Below, one piece after another: positions 1-8,126 of a stretch of 64,000 nt of DNA. The notes beneath the pieces are model-generated. The model saw only the letters and a list, made by a program, of their open reading frames with translations, was not told the DNA's origin and did no database searches. Source of the DNA: Parcubacteria group bacterium (GTDB lineage Bacteria > Patescibacteriota > Minisyncoccia > Moranbacterales > UBA2206); NCBI GenBank assembly GCA_041659505.1, contig JBAZYF010000005.1, forward strand, positions 57,779 to 121,778. Reading direction: 5' to 3'. The position numbers and the translations under genes were made by a program. Within the stretch, counting starts at the first letter, position 1; each line of letters opens with the position of its first letter.

Positions 1-24
1 AACGGGTGAAAGCCCGTTTTTCTT
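1..24 (+). terminator. Rho-independent terminator-like hairpin (AACGGG-tgaaag-CCCGTT followed by T-run) ending an upstream gene
   Basis: Inverted repeat aacggg/cccgtt followed by ttttt, read directly from the sequence. Confidence 0.45.
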
Positions 25-63
25 TATTTCAAAATTCACTAAAATGGTGGGGGAAACACCAAC

Positions 64-957
64 ATGAAACAAAATGCACAAAAACTGAATAAATATGTCT
101 TAATAATAATCAGCCTGGGCTGGGCTTTAGTTTTTGTTTCATCGGTGCAGGCCAGTGAGATCAGTCCCGAGAATGTGATCAAATATGTCAATGAAGCGCG
201 GGAGAAGGAAGGACTGCTTGATTTAAATGTTAGTGAAAAGTTAACTCAGGTAGCGACGGACAAAGTCAATGATATGGTGGCACATCACTATTTTGCCCAC
301 ACTTCACCAGCTGGACTCAATCCTTGGCACTGGTTTGAGCTCGAGGGTTATGACTATAAATATGCGGGAGAAAATTTGGCGATCAATTTTACCACAGCGG
401 AAGCGGAGCAAGCAGCCTGGATGAAAAGTCCAACCCATAGGAAAAATATTTTAAATGTAAATTATCAAGAAATCGGTGTAGCCGTGGCGGCGGGGGAAGT
501 GAATGGGACGATGGGAATTATCGCTGTGCAGGAATTTGGAACACTGGCGCATCCCGGCGCGGGTAGCGAGAAAAAAGATTTTGCTCCCGTCAAGGACAAG
601 GCGATCCCTGTGGATACAAAATTCGTGCCAACTGTGCTTTCGACCGGTGATCAAAAAATTGATGAAAATCTAAAAAGGGTTGGAGAGGAAATTGTCGGAC
701 AAAAAAATAATTTACCGTCTGCTGGTGCGACAAGCGATTTTTTCTGGCTAGTTATGTTTGTGGTGATCATCTTGCCGATTGCCCTGGTCAATGTTGTTTT
801 TGTGGGAAGACTTATCGGTATCCCTTGGCTCAAAGAAATATTGCAAAGAAGCTATTCTACAGCAAGGGCGAATAATCCGCAGGCATATTTTCGCAAACTC
901 AAGGTTAAAAACTATGAAAAGTATCGGATAATAAAAGTGAGAATAATTACAACTTAA
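64..957 (+). CDS. Secreted CAP/SCP/PR-1 superfamily protein (YkwD-like) with N-terminal signal peptide and C-terminal TM anchor
   Basis: Has the CAP motifs HHYFAHTSPAG...GYDYKYAGENLA...WMKSPTHRKNIL. The N-terminus KYVLIIISLGWALVFVSSVQA is hydrophobic, and a hydrophobic stretch FFWLVMFVVIILPIALVNVVFVG sits near the C-terminus. Confidence 0.7.
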   Translation: MKQNAQKLNKYVLIIISLGWALVFVSSVQASEISPENVIKYVNEAREKEGLLDLNVSEKLTQVATDKVNDMVAHHYFAHTSPAGLNPWHWFELEGYDYKYAGENLAINFTTAEAEQAAWMKSPTHRKNILNVNYQEIGVAVAAGEVNGTMGIIAVQEFGTLAHPGAGSEKKDFAPVKDKAIPVDTKFVPTVLSTGDQKIDENLKRVGEEIVGQKNNLPSAGATSDFFWLVMFVVIILPIALVNVVFVGRLIGIPWLKEILQRSYSTARANNPQAYFRKLKVKNYEKYRIIKVRIITT

Positions 958-1146
958 TAGTCAGCTGTTTATCTCTCGCCACTTCCACGGAAAATTTCTT
1001 TGAAACTGGTGGGGGATAAAAACAAAAATAAAAAGAGGAAAAACAAAAAATAAATAGCAAAAACAAAAAATCCCTAAAAAAGGATTAACATAATAAGGCT
1101 AGATTCCTTGCCTTTTTCCTCGAAAGAGGAAGAACACATAAAAAGA

Positions 1147-1181
1147 GCGGTCTGGGCGTCATCGTCCAGGCCGCTTTTTTT
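1147..1181 (+). terminator. Rho-independent terminator (GCGGTCTGG...CCAGGCCGC + T7)
   Basis: Inverted repeat with a following T-run, downstream of the CAP gene. Confidence 0.5.
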
Positions 1182-1242
1182 GTCTGGTAGATTTTTTTTA
1201 GATCTTGTGATATAGTCAAATCATAATTATTAAAATTAATCT

Positions 1243-2007
1243 ATGGATGCTATCATCTCGCTCGTGCTTCCCGTGTTCATCTTTTTGATCTTGCCTGGTT
1301 TTCGGGTGGTCCAACAGTATGAACAAGGAGTCGTTTTCCGTTTCGGAAAAATAATTTCCAGCCGTCAGCCGGGCCTTAATTGGATCATTCCTTACATCGA
1401 CCGGATGCGCAAAGTGGATTTTCGCACTGTGACGATGCCGATCGCTCCGCAAAAAATCATCACTAAGGATAATGTTTCAGTCGATATTTCTGCCGTGGCC
1501 TACTACAAAATAGTGGACGCGGAAAAGAGTATCGTGTCGATTGAAGATGTGAAGAGTGCAATCAATCAGATTGCCCAGACGACAATCAGAAATATCGTCG
1601 GACGTTTCCAGTTGGATGAAGTATTGTCCGAGCGGGACGAGATTAACAAAGAAATTCGCACCGTGCTTGATGCTAATACGGAAACTTGGGGCGTGGTGGT
1701 GTCAGTGGTGGAGATTAAGGATATCGAGTTGCCGGAGAATATGCAACGGGCGATGGCCAAGCAAGCGGAAGCAGAAAGAGAGAAGCGAGCCAAGATTATT
1801 GCCGCGGAAGGAGAGCTTTTGGCCAGTCAGAAATTGGCCGAGACGGCGGACGTGATGGCGGCGCATCCAATTGCGCTTCAGTTGCGTAATTTGCAGACAA
1901 TGGCGGAAATCGCGGTGGAGAAAAATTCAACCATCATTTTCCCAGCCCAGTTTATGGGCACGGTCAATGAGATTCAGAGATTTATGACTAAGGAGAGTGT
2001 GAGATAG
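1243..2007 (+). CDS. SPFH/band-7 (stomatin/prohibitin-like) membrane protein
   Basis: N-terminal TM segment followed by an SPFH-core-like sequence: PGLNWIIPYIDRMRKVDFRTVTMPIAPQKIITKDNVSVDISAVAYYKIVD. The C-terminus is a coiled-coil A/E/K-rich region. Confidence 0.8.
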   Translation: MDAIISLVLPVFIFLILPGFRVVQQYEQGVVFRFGKIISSRQPGLNWIIPYIDRMRKVDFRTVTMPIAPQKIITKDNVSVDISAVAYYKIVDAEKSIVSIEDVKSAINQIAQTTIRNIVGRFQLDEVLSERDEINKEIRTVLDANTETWGVVVSVVEIKDIELPENMQRAMAKQAEAEREKRAKIIAAEGELLASQKLAETADVMAAHPIALQLRNLQTMAEIAVEKNSTIIFPAQFMGTVNEIQRFMTKESVR

Positions 2008-2033
2008 CTTAGGATAAAAATTTTAGTTTCACG

Positions 2034-2061
2034 ACGCCTCGATCAACTCGGGGCGTTTTTT
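2034..2061 (+). terminator. Rho-independent terminator-like hairpin (ACGCC...GGCGT + T6)
   Basis: Inverted repeat plus T-run after the SPFH gene stop. Confidence 0.4.
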
Positions 2062-2138
2062 GTTTGACAATTTTCTTTTTTTAGGTTAGGATTAAAAATC
2101 TTTTGAATGAACATTAACAGAAAAAAAGGGGGGAAAGT

Positions 2139-2645
2139 ATGGAGAAAAGAGTCCTTTATGTCAAAGACAGCCGGTCTTTTTTTAGCCGGTCGATTTGTGG
2201 CATTGTTAGCCAGATATTTGCTGGCGGGTGGGAGATCGATGTGGTCAAATCTCCGTCCGCGGCGCTTGGGCTTTTAGAAAACAAATCTTACCAGGTTGTA
2301 ATTTGCGATTTCAATTTTGGGAAGCGGGAAATCAATGGTGTCGATTTTTTGTTTCGGGTGAGAGAAGTGAATCGCGACACGGAAACGATCCTTGTTGTCG
2401 GTGAATTTTATCGGCAATCGCCAACTCTAAAAATTGATGAACTGAAAATAGGGCTGGCGGTCGATTTTTTCTGGAAAAAGATCGGAAGAAGTGAGAAGAT
2501 AAGAAAGCGAGGAGAACAAATCCTTGCGCAACTTTTCCAGAAAAACAAAAGGATCAATGCGGCGGGCGTCTTTCACTTGCCGGAGGATCGGGGGAGCTGT
2601 GTCTCAGGGTGTCCGTGTTGTCAGCGGAGAGACGGACATGCCTGA
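2139..2645 (+). CDS. Atypical CheY-like receiver-domain protein with C-terminal Cys cluster
   Basis: Aligns to the CheY fold: YQVVICDFNFGKREINGVDFLFRVRE...TETILVVGE resembles [22 protein letters not shown]...LPVLMVTAE of CheY. The N-terminal acidic pocket is incomplete. The C-terminus is CVSGCPCCQRRDGHA. Confidence 0.45.
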   Translation: MEKRVLYVKDSRSFFSRSICGIVSQIFAGGWEIDVVKSPSAALGLLENKSYQVVICDFNFGKREINGVDFLFRVREVNRDTETILVVGEFYRQSPTLKIDELKIGLAVDFFWKKIGRSEKIRKRGEQILAQLFQKNKRINAAGVFHLPEDRGSCVSGCPCCQRRDGHA

Positions 2646-2801
2646 TGCTTTGTGAAAAATATGCAAAAGGGAAAAAGGTGAACGTGCCTGGTTCCCTTTT
2701 TTCTTTGGGAAAAAAAAGTTGCATAATATTTTGCTGGGTGTATGATAAAAAAATAACAACAAATGTGTCAGACAAACAATCTTTCAATAGGGAGGTAGAG
2801 A

Positions 2802-3004
2802 TGAAAGTAGCTGCGATTTGTGAAGAGTGCAAGGGGAGATGGGGCTGCTATAAGGATGATAGTCTTATAGCGAATGGGCTCTGTTCTTATTGTGAAGCAA
2901 AGGATTGTGTTTATCTGTTCCTTGAAAAATGTACCCATGCTCGTTCGAGCTTGGACTTAAAAAATAAATATGGACAAATGGAAATATTACCGGCGCAATT
3001 GTAA
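2802..3004 (+). CDS. Small cysteine-rich protein (8 Cys in 67 aa), first of three tandem paralogs
   Basis: Internal Met start preceded by the RBS gggaggtagagATG. CxxC-type spacing: CEECKG..C..C..C..C. Confidence 0.45.
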
Positions 3005-3036
3005 AAAATAGCAGAGTTGAAAGAGGGGGAGCGCAA

Positions 3037-3243
3037 ATGTTGAAAATGGAAGCGTGTAAGAACTGTTTTGGAAAAACCGGTTGTGTTTATGCTGGTTGTC
3101 TCAAGTCCTGTGTCCATTGTGCGCAAGAGTGTGAGTTTGGACGCGGGATGTGTTCATGCCATTGCTGTGAAAGACCGCCATTTGGCGTATCTTACAAAGG
3201 TTCTAGCGTTTTAGGTTTCATTATGTGGTCGGGTTTCGTGTAG
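3037..3243 (+). CDS. Small cysteine-rich protein (13 Cys in 68 aa)
   Basis: RBS aaagagggggag lies upstream. Sequence CKNCFGKTGCVYAGCLKSCVHCAQECEFGRGMCSCHCC. Confidence 0.45.
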   Translation: MLKMEACKNCFGKTGCVYAGCLKSCVHCAQECEFGRGMCSCHCCERPPFGVSYKGSSVLGFIMWSGFV

Positions 3244-3264
3244 ATGCGAAACGGGGAGGTTGAT

Positions 3265-3456
3265 ATGCTAAATGTAAAACTTTGTAAAAAGAGGGATTGT
3301 AACGGCCGGATCGGCTGTGAAGAAAATGGCAAGTTGATCGTAACTTGCCATGATTGCCAGGAAAAAAAATGTTCAGCAGGAGTCGCGGAATGTTTCTGTG
3401 ATTATCCAAAGGATTTTCCAAATTTCGCGTACTTCGGCCAGGTATATCATGCTTAG
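3265..3456 (+). CDS. Small cysteine-rich protein (10 Cys in 63 aa)
   Basis: RBS ggggaggttgatATG. Sequence CKKRDCNGRIGCEENGKLIVTCHDCQEKKCSAGVAECFC. Confidence 0.45.
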   Translation: MLNVKLCKKRDCNGRIGCEENGKLIVTCHDCQEKKCSAGVAECFCDYPKDFPNFAYFGQVYHA

Positions 3457-3621
3457 ACTAGACAGCAGGGGGAGGACCACGATCCTTTCCCTGTTTTAAT
3501 TTTTCGAAAAAAGCTTTTCTTGGCTTGATTAAACCGGATCAGTGTGCTAGAGTCTTTGGAGAGCCTGAATCGAGGCTTTTTGTTTTTTCAATAACCATTG
3601 CGACTGCAAAGGAGGGGTGAT

Positions 3622-3990
3622 ATGTCTGAAAAGAAAGCGAAAAATGTCATCGTGGTTGATGATGAAGAGTCCGTGATGGAGCTGATCGGAGGTTACTTGA
3701 AAACGATCGGTTTCCGATTATTCACCTTCACGGATCCGAAAGAGGCGTTGGCTTTTATAATCGACACAGAGGAAGAGATTCATCTCCTCGTGACGGATTA
3801 TAACATGCCAAAAACCAACGGAACCATATTGATGCAGGAGATGAGGGTTATGTCTCCGGGTCTCAAGACTGTCTGTATTTCTGGTCGGCAACGAGACGAA
3901 ATTGACGGAGTGGAGGAGTTTGACGGTTTTTTGGAAAAACCGTTCTTGCTGAGCAAGCTCAGATCACTGATCGAAAATTTGCTTCAGTAA
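3622..3990 (+). CDS. Single-domain response regulator (CheY-like receiver)
   Basis: RBS aaaggaggggtgatATG. Receiver motifs VIVVDDEESV...LLVTDYNMPKTNG...LEKPF. Confidence 0.8.
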   Translation: MSEKKAKNVIVVDDEESVMELIGGYLKTIGFRLFTFTDPKEALAFIIDTEEEIHLLVTDYNMPKTNGTILMQEMRVMSPGLKTVCISGRQRDEIDGVEEFDGFLEKPFLLSKLRSLIENLLQ

Positions 3991-4006
3991 TCAGGCAAGT
4001 TTTCAG

Positions 4007-4042
4007 GGCGCCCGTGTGAAATTTCACACCGGGCGTTTTTTC
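4007..4042 (+). terminator. Rho-independent terminator (GCGCCCGTGTGAAA/TTTCACACCGGGCG + T6)
   Basis: Long GC-rich inverted repeat followed by a T-run after the receiver gene. Confidence 0.6.
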
Positions 4043-4066
4043 ATTTCAGACAAAAAATTGCTTATA

Positions 4067-4129
4067 CCACAAATTTTGCTTTTGTCAAGCCGTTGCGGGA
4101 TTGCGTAATTTTTTACGCGGCAGTATAAT
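4067..4129 (+). promoter_or_regulatory. Conserved operator-like palindrome ACAAA-N7-TTTGT (4069-4085) placed 15 nt upstream of a sigma70-like promoter (-35 TTGCGT 4101-4106, 17-nt spacer, -10 TATAAT 4124-4129); copy A
   Basis: Sequence read directly. A near-identical block CCACAAATTTTGCnTTTGTCAAGCC with the same 15-nt spacing to the -35 recurs at 9331-9392. Confidence 0.45.
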
Positions 4130-4243
4130 CAAAATATAAAATACAATTGAATACTATTTGAGAGACTTTGATCCGCACTGTGAAATGATTTTTTTTCGGA
4201 AATGATTGGTTGCCCAAAGCGCGCGCGGGGAGTTGATTGGCAA

Positions 4244-4304
4244 AACCGGCTTGAATTATTTAGCAATTTTTTTGCTATTTAATTTCAGCCGGTTTTTGTT
4301 TTTT
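4244..4304 (+). terminator. Terminator-like imperfect hairpin (AACCGGCTTGAATT...AATTTCAGCCGGTT) followed by T-runs
   Basis: Sits about 115-175 nt downstream of the 4124 -10 element. This delimits a candidate short transcript. Confidence 0.4.
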
Positions 4305-4417
4305 GAGAAATAAAACTAAAAATGAATCAGATGGAATTATTTTTTCGGGTGAGAAATAATGTTTCCGTTCTCAAGGGCCTGCCAATGGTTGCTACTTTTT
4401 TGTAGTTGCTGTTGGTG

Positions 4418-4477
4418 GGCTTTTTTTGTATTCTACGAATTACCTGCCTATGCTAAAGCTCCGGCAGGCAGGCGAAT
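4418..4477 (+). repeat. Conserved intergenic module T7-GTATTCTACGAATTA-CCTGCCTAT-loop-GGCAGGCAGG, copy 1 of 3
   Basis: Nearly identical to 9850-9910. A diverged third copy lies at 22624-22669. Confidence 0.6.
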
Positions 4478-4587
4478 TTTTACGAATGTACAAATAATCC
4501 GCCTCCTCTTCCGAGGGGCGAAGGGGATATGAATCAAGCGGGTGAATAATTTGAGATTATTGAGTTAAAATTTTTGATGAGTATCCA

Positions 4588-5601
4588 ATGAAAATAATAG
4601 GATTAAAATTAGTTGTTGTGTTGGTTTCCCTGGTTGCTTTGGCGGGGATTTCTACTTATGTGACAAAGGGCTATCAACTGCCGAATATTTTTGGTGGCGA
4701 TAATAACAGCCATGAAGACACGAACGGACACGATGATGGAAATAATAACAACGGAAACGACAAGAAAGAAACAAAGGTTGATTTTAGGATTAGTAGCCAA
4801 TGCCACTATTATAACTATGATCCGCAAAATTCCGTCGCTTTTTCAGGGGGAGATTTGGCGGGATATGTCGATGTTGGATGTTTTTCGGACGGTCAAGCTT
4901 TTGGCAGTTGGCAGGAAACTGGAACGAACCATCTGAATAAATTTTTCAATTTCGACAATATTAAGCCTGGTGACCGCGGTGAAGACGCGATCAGTTTTCA
5001 CATTTTGGGCGATGATGGTTGCGGGCAGATCACTTTTGAAAACATAAAGGATGATGGAAATGATTGCACCGACTCGGAAACTCAGAGCAGTGATCAGGAC
5101 TGCAAAAATAGAACACCGGGAACGCGAGAAAAAAGAGGGGAATTGGGAAAGGCTTTGCAATTTTCTCTTTGGCTGGATCAAGGACGGACGCCGGGCTTCC
5201 AAGGCAAAACTGATCCGGGTGAAGGGGATAATATTTTCAATGAAAAAGATGTTTTGATTTCCGACTGGAAAGATATTCGGGAATTTTCCACAGCTCTTGA
5301 GATCAGAAAATGTTTGCGCCAAGCGCGCAATAAGTTTTTCGATCTTTGCAAATCGGCAGATCCCAATGGGAGCGGGAGAAATACCAAAAAAGGAGTTTGC
5401 GCCGGACTTTCCACCGATGGCAGGATGGTTGATGGAACGGTCTATTATTACGGCCTAGCTTGGCGCTTGCCGGGTGAAACAGGGAATGAAATTCAGTCGG
5501 ACAGTTTGGGATTTGATATGGCTTTTCAAGTAAAGAGCAACAGTCAATGCAGTGTTTGCCAAGGCAAGGATTATGACCATAATGCCAGATGTGATGATTA
5601 G
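4588..5601 (+). CDS. Secreted hypothetical protein (signal/anchor, N/D/G-rich low-complexity region, Cys-rich C-terminal domain)
   Basis: N-terminal hydrophobic segment LKLVVVLVSLVALAGI, then NGHDDGNNNNGND, and multiple Cys downstream. First gene after the long structured intergenic region. Confidence 0.6.
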   Translation: MKIIGLKLVVVLVSLVALAGISTYVTKGYQLPNIFGGDNNSHEDTNGHDDGNNNNGNDKKETKVDFRISSQCHYYNYDPQNSVAFSGGDLAGYVDVGCFSDGQAFGSWQETGTNHLNKFFNFDNIKPGDRGEDAISFHILGDDGCGQITFENIKDDGNDCTDSETQSSDQDCKNRTPGTREKRGELGKALQFSLWLDQGRTPGFQGKTDPGEGDNIFNEKDVLISDWKDIREFSTALEIRKCLRQARNKFFDLCKSADPNGSGRNTKKGVCAGLSTDGRMVDGTVYYYGLAWRLPGETGNEIQSDSLGFDMAFQVKSNSQCSVCQGKDYDHNARCDD

Positions 5602-5776
5602 GATATGGTTAGGGAGAAAATTTTCAAAAACAAGCAATTTTAAGATATGGGGTGAGCTCGGTAACTTCGCCTAAGGCGGACACCGAGGAACAAATTTTTA
5701 AAGGTCGAGAGAGGCAGACTACTCCTGAGTGTCTGGAATAATTAACAATTAATTAACTAGAAATAAACAATAATTT

Positions 5777-7369
5777 ATGAAAAAGATAACAAAATCGCTT
5801 TTGATGATCACCGCGGCTGCGGCAATCGTGATCGGCGGAACAAGCGCGTTTTTTTCCAGCCAAAAGGCTGCCGTAAACAACACGTTCAAAGCAGGAACGC
5901 TTAATTTGCAGTTGGCAAAAGATAATCATGGCGTTCCAACTGGGGGATGGCAGGATGTGAGTATTGATGCTAATTGGAATTTTCCAGACATGGCTCCGGG
6001 AGAAACTCCTCAAGAGGCGACAATGTGGTTGAAAAACAATGGAAGTATTGACGCGAAAAAATTAGGATTCTCCATAACTAACGCTAATGATGATAATACT
6101 GGATTTGAAAGGCAAGTCCGTATCACTAAAATGACCTTTGACGGGCAAAATATGCTCCAAGGTGGTGCAGGTGCTGACCAATCAGTCTATGTGAAACCGA
6201 CTCACTGCGATATCAATGTTAATCCTGGCGCATATTCTACTATCAATGCTGCTCTAGAATCTTTAGGATCAGCAACTGGTAAAGTAATTTGCGTTGGCCC
6301 GGGTAATTATACGACTAGCTATGAAACCAATGCAATCATAATTAATCAAGGTGTTACATTAGTATCCACCGATGGGCCTGGAGCAACAACCATTAGTGCA
6401 TCAAGTACTACTGCAGGCGTTACCATCAATGCTGTCAATGTTACAATAAAGGGATTTACTATTGCTCCTGATAAAACTTTTGTCGGATATGGTGCAGCAA
6501 TTGCAGTTAATTATGGCGGAGCTAAAATTCAGGATAATGTGATAACTGACGTAAAAGGAGATGGTCAGGGGACAATAAAAGGTATCCACGCCTTTACTGG
6601 ATCTGCTTATAGTAATTTAGAAATTACGAACAATGTTATAAAAAATATTGCTAATACAGGCAAGGGAGCGGATGGGATTATGATTCAAGGTAAGATTAGC
6701 ACAATAAATATTACTCACAACACAATCACTGATATTAGTTCAAATAATACTAATAATACATGGGATTATGCAGCGGGTATTGAGGATACGCCAACTAGCA
6801 ATCTGGCCGATTCTTCGCCTCTAGGTTTGACGATTACTTATAATCACATTGAGAATGTAACTAGCGTAACTGAATTAGGCAGAGGATTCACAGTTGACAT
6901 TGTGAATTGCAATGATTCGGTAAAGGGCACGAATAATTATGCCTACGCTGACCAGGTTACTTTTAAGAAGAATGATATAATTGGTATAGCAAATCCAATT
7001 ACCAACAAGGATCAACGCACGACTTCTAATGGAACATTGAATGCAGAAGATAATTGGTTTGGTGATTTTACTCCTGTGGCTAATCTAGGTGGAGTGGCAA
7101 AGTGTGAGACTGGCGTTGTGAACACAACAAATTTTGCCGGTGGACCATTTGCTGGTTTTGTTGGCGGTACAGACCAAAATAGTAATGGTTTTGCCGATAT
7201 GCAAGACTTGCGGTTGACTCCGATTGCTGGAATGCCAGTGGCCTTCGCTCATTCAGCGGAAAAACGTTTTGTGATGGGCGTGCAAGTTGACGGACCAACA
7301 ACACTTGATAATTTTCAAGGCGCGAGTCTACACAATGTGGATTTGACTGTAACTATGTTGCAACAATAA
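5777..7369 (+). CDS. TasA/camelysin-like secreted protein with SipW-cognate-class signal peptide and parallel beta-helix (PbH1) repeats
   Basis: The N-terminus AAAIVIGGTSAFFSSQKAAVNNTFKAGTLNLQL matches the TasA/camelysin N-terminal signature (GGT.A.F.D...N.F..GTL.L). The middle region has repeated VTINAVNVTIKGFTI / IQDNVITDV / ITNNVIKNI / ITHNTITDI strands typical of a right-handed beta-helix. Confidence 0.7.
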   Translation: MKKITKSLLMITAAAAIVIGGTSAFFSSQKAAVNNTFKAGTLNLQLAKDNHGVPTGGWQDVSIDANWNFPDMAPGETPQEATMWLKNNGSIDAKKLGFSITNANDDNTGFERQVRITKMTFDGQNMLQGGAGADQSVYVKPTHCDINVNPGAYSTINAALESLGSATGKVICVGPGNYTTSYETNAIIINQGVTLVSTDGPGATTISASSTTAGVTINAVNVTIKGFTIAPDKTFVGYGAAIAVNYGGAKIQDNVITDVKGDGQGTIKGIHAFTGSAYSNLEITNNVIKNIANTGKGADGIMIQGKISTINITHNTITDISSNNTNNTWDYAAGIEDTPTSNLADSSPLGLTITYNHIENVTSVTELGRGFTVDIVNCNDSVKGTNNYAYADQVTFKKNDIIGIANPITNKDQRTTSNGTLNAEDNWFGDFTPVANLGGVAKCETGVVNTTNFAGGPFAGFVGGTDQNSNGFADMQDLRLTPIAGMPVAFAHSAEKRFVMGVQVDGPTTLDNFQGASLHNVDLTVTMLQQ

Positions 7370-7473
7370 TCCGGTTTTCCAAAAAACAAACAAATTGAAA
7401 ATTGATTTGGGCGTTTTTACCCTTGCGCATCTTCGGATGGGCAAGGGGATAAAGCGGGTCAATAAAATAATCC

Positions 7474-8118
7474 ATGATTGATATTGCAATGCTTGGAAAG
7501 ATATTCAAATTCAGTATGAATACGATTTTGTTCGGGCTTGTCGTTTTAGGCGCTCTGGTCGTTTTTTCGTCCGTGCCTTTCGCGGGAAACTATAAGGCGT
7601 TTATCGTGATGTCCGGTTCAATGGAACCGACCATCCACACGGGCAGTATCGTTTTTGTCCGTCCGGAAAAAGCCTATGCCGTCGGAGATATCGTGACGCG
7701 AAGATTCGCCGATTCCGATCTAACGGTAACGCATCGTATTTTTTCCCAAAAAGAAGTTGATGGACAGGTAATTTTTGACACGAAAGGGGATGCAAATGAT
7801 GGCGAAGACAATGCAACAGTCACGTCGGCGGATATTATCGGCAAAGAAATCACTGCCGTGCCCTATGTCGGTTATGCAGTGGCTTATGCCAAGACGGAAA
7901 TGGGACTGTTGCTCATTATTGTCATCCCGGCGGTGATTGTTATTTATGACGAGTTGAATAAAATCAGAACGGAAGTCGCTTTGATGCGAAAAAAGAAAAA
8001 AGAAGAAAAGGAGGCAAAAACACGAGTGGCGGAAGAAACGAAAATAACATTTCCGGAAAGGCAGTATGTGCGGGGGATTGTTAATGCGCCGGTTGAGAAG
8101 AGGAGAAAAATTGTCTAA
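7474..8118 (+). CDS. sipW: Signal peptidase I, SipW/archaeal-ER type (S26B)
   Basis: N-terminal TM segment, then VMSGSMEPTIHTGSIVFV carrying the catalytic Ser motif, then ...THRIF...GDANDGEDN. C-terminal TM segment and a K/E-rich tail. Confidence 0.8.
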   Translation: MIDIAMLGKIFKFSMNTILFGLVVLGALVVFSSVPFAGNYKAFIVMSGSMEPTIHTGSIVFVRPEKAYAVGDIVTRRFADSDLTVTHRIFSQKEVDGQVIFDTKGDANDGEDNATVTSADIIGKEITAVPYVGYAVAYAKTEMGLLLIIVIPAVIVIYDELNKIRTEVALMRKKKKEEKEAKTRVAEETKITFPERQYVRGIVNAPVEKRRKIV

Positions 8119-8126
8119 AGGCGAAT

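Noticed and set aside
4588-5601. Calling 4588..5601 a third TasA-like substrate
   Set aside because: Its N-terminus (VALAGISTYVTKGYQLPNIFGG) only loosely resembles the SipW-cognate motif. I kept it as a secreted hypothetical protein.
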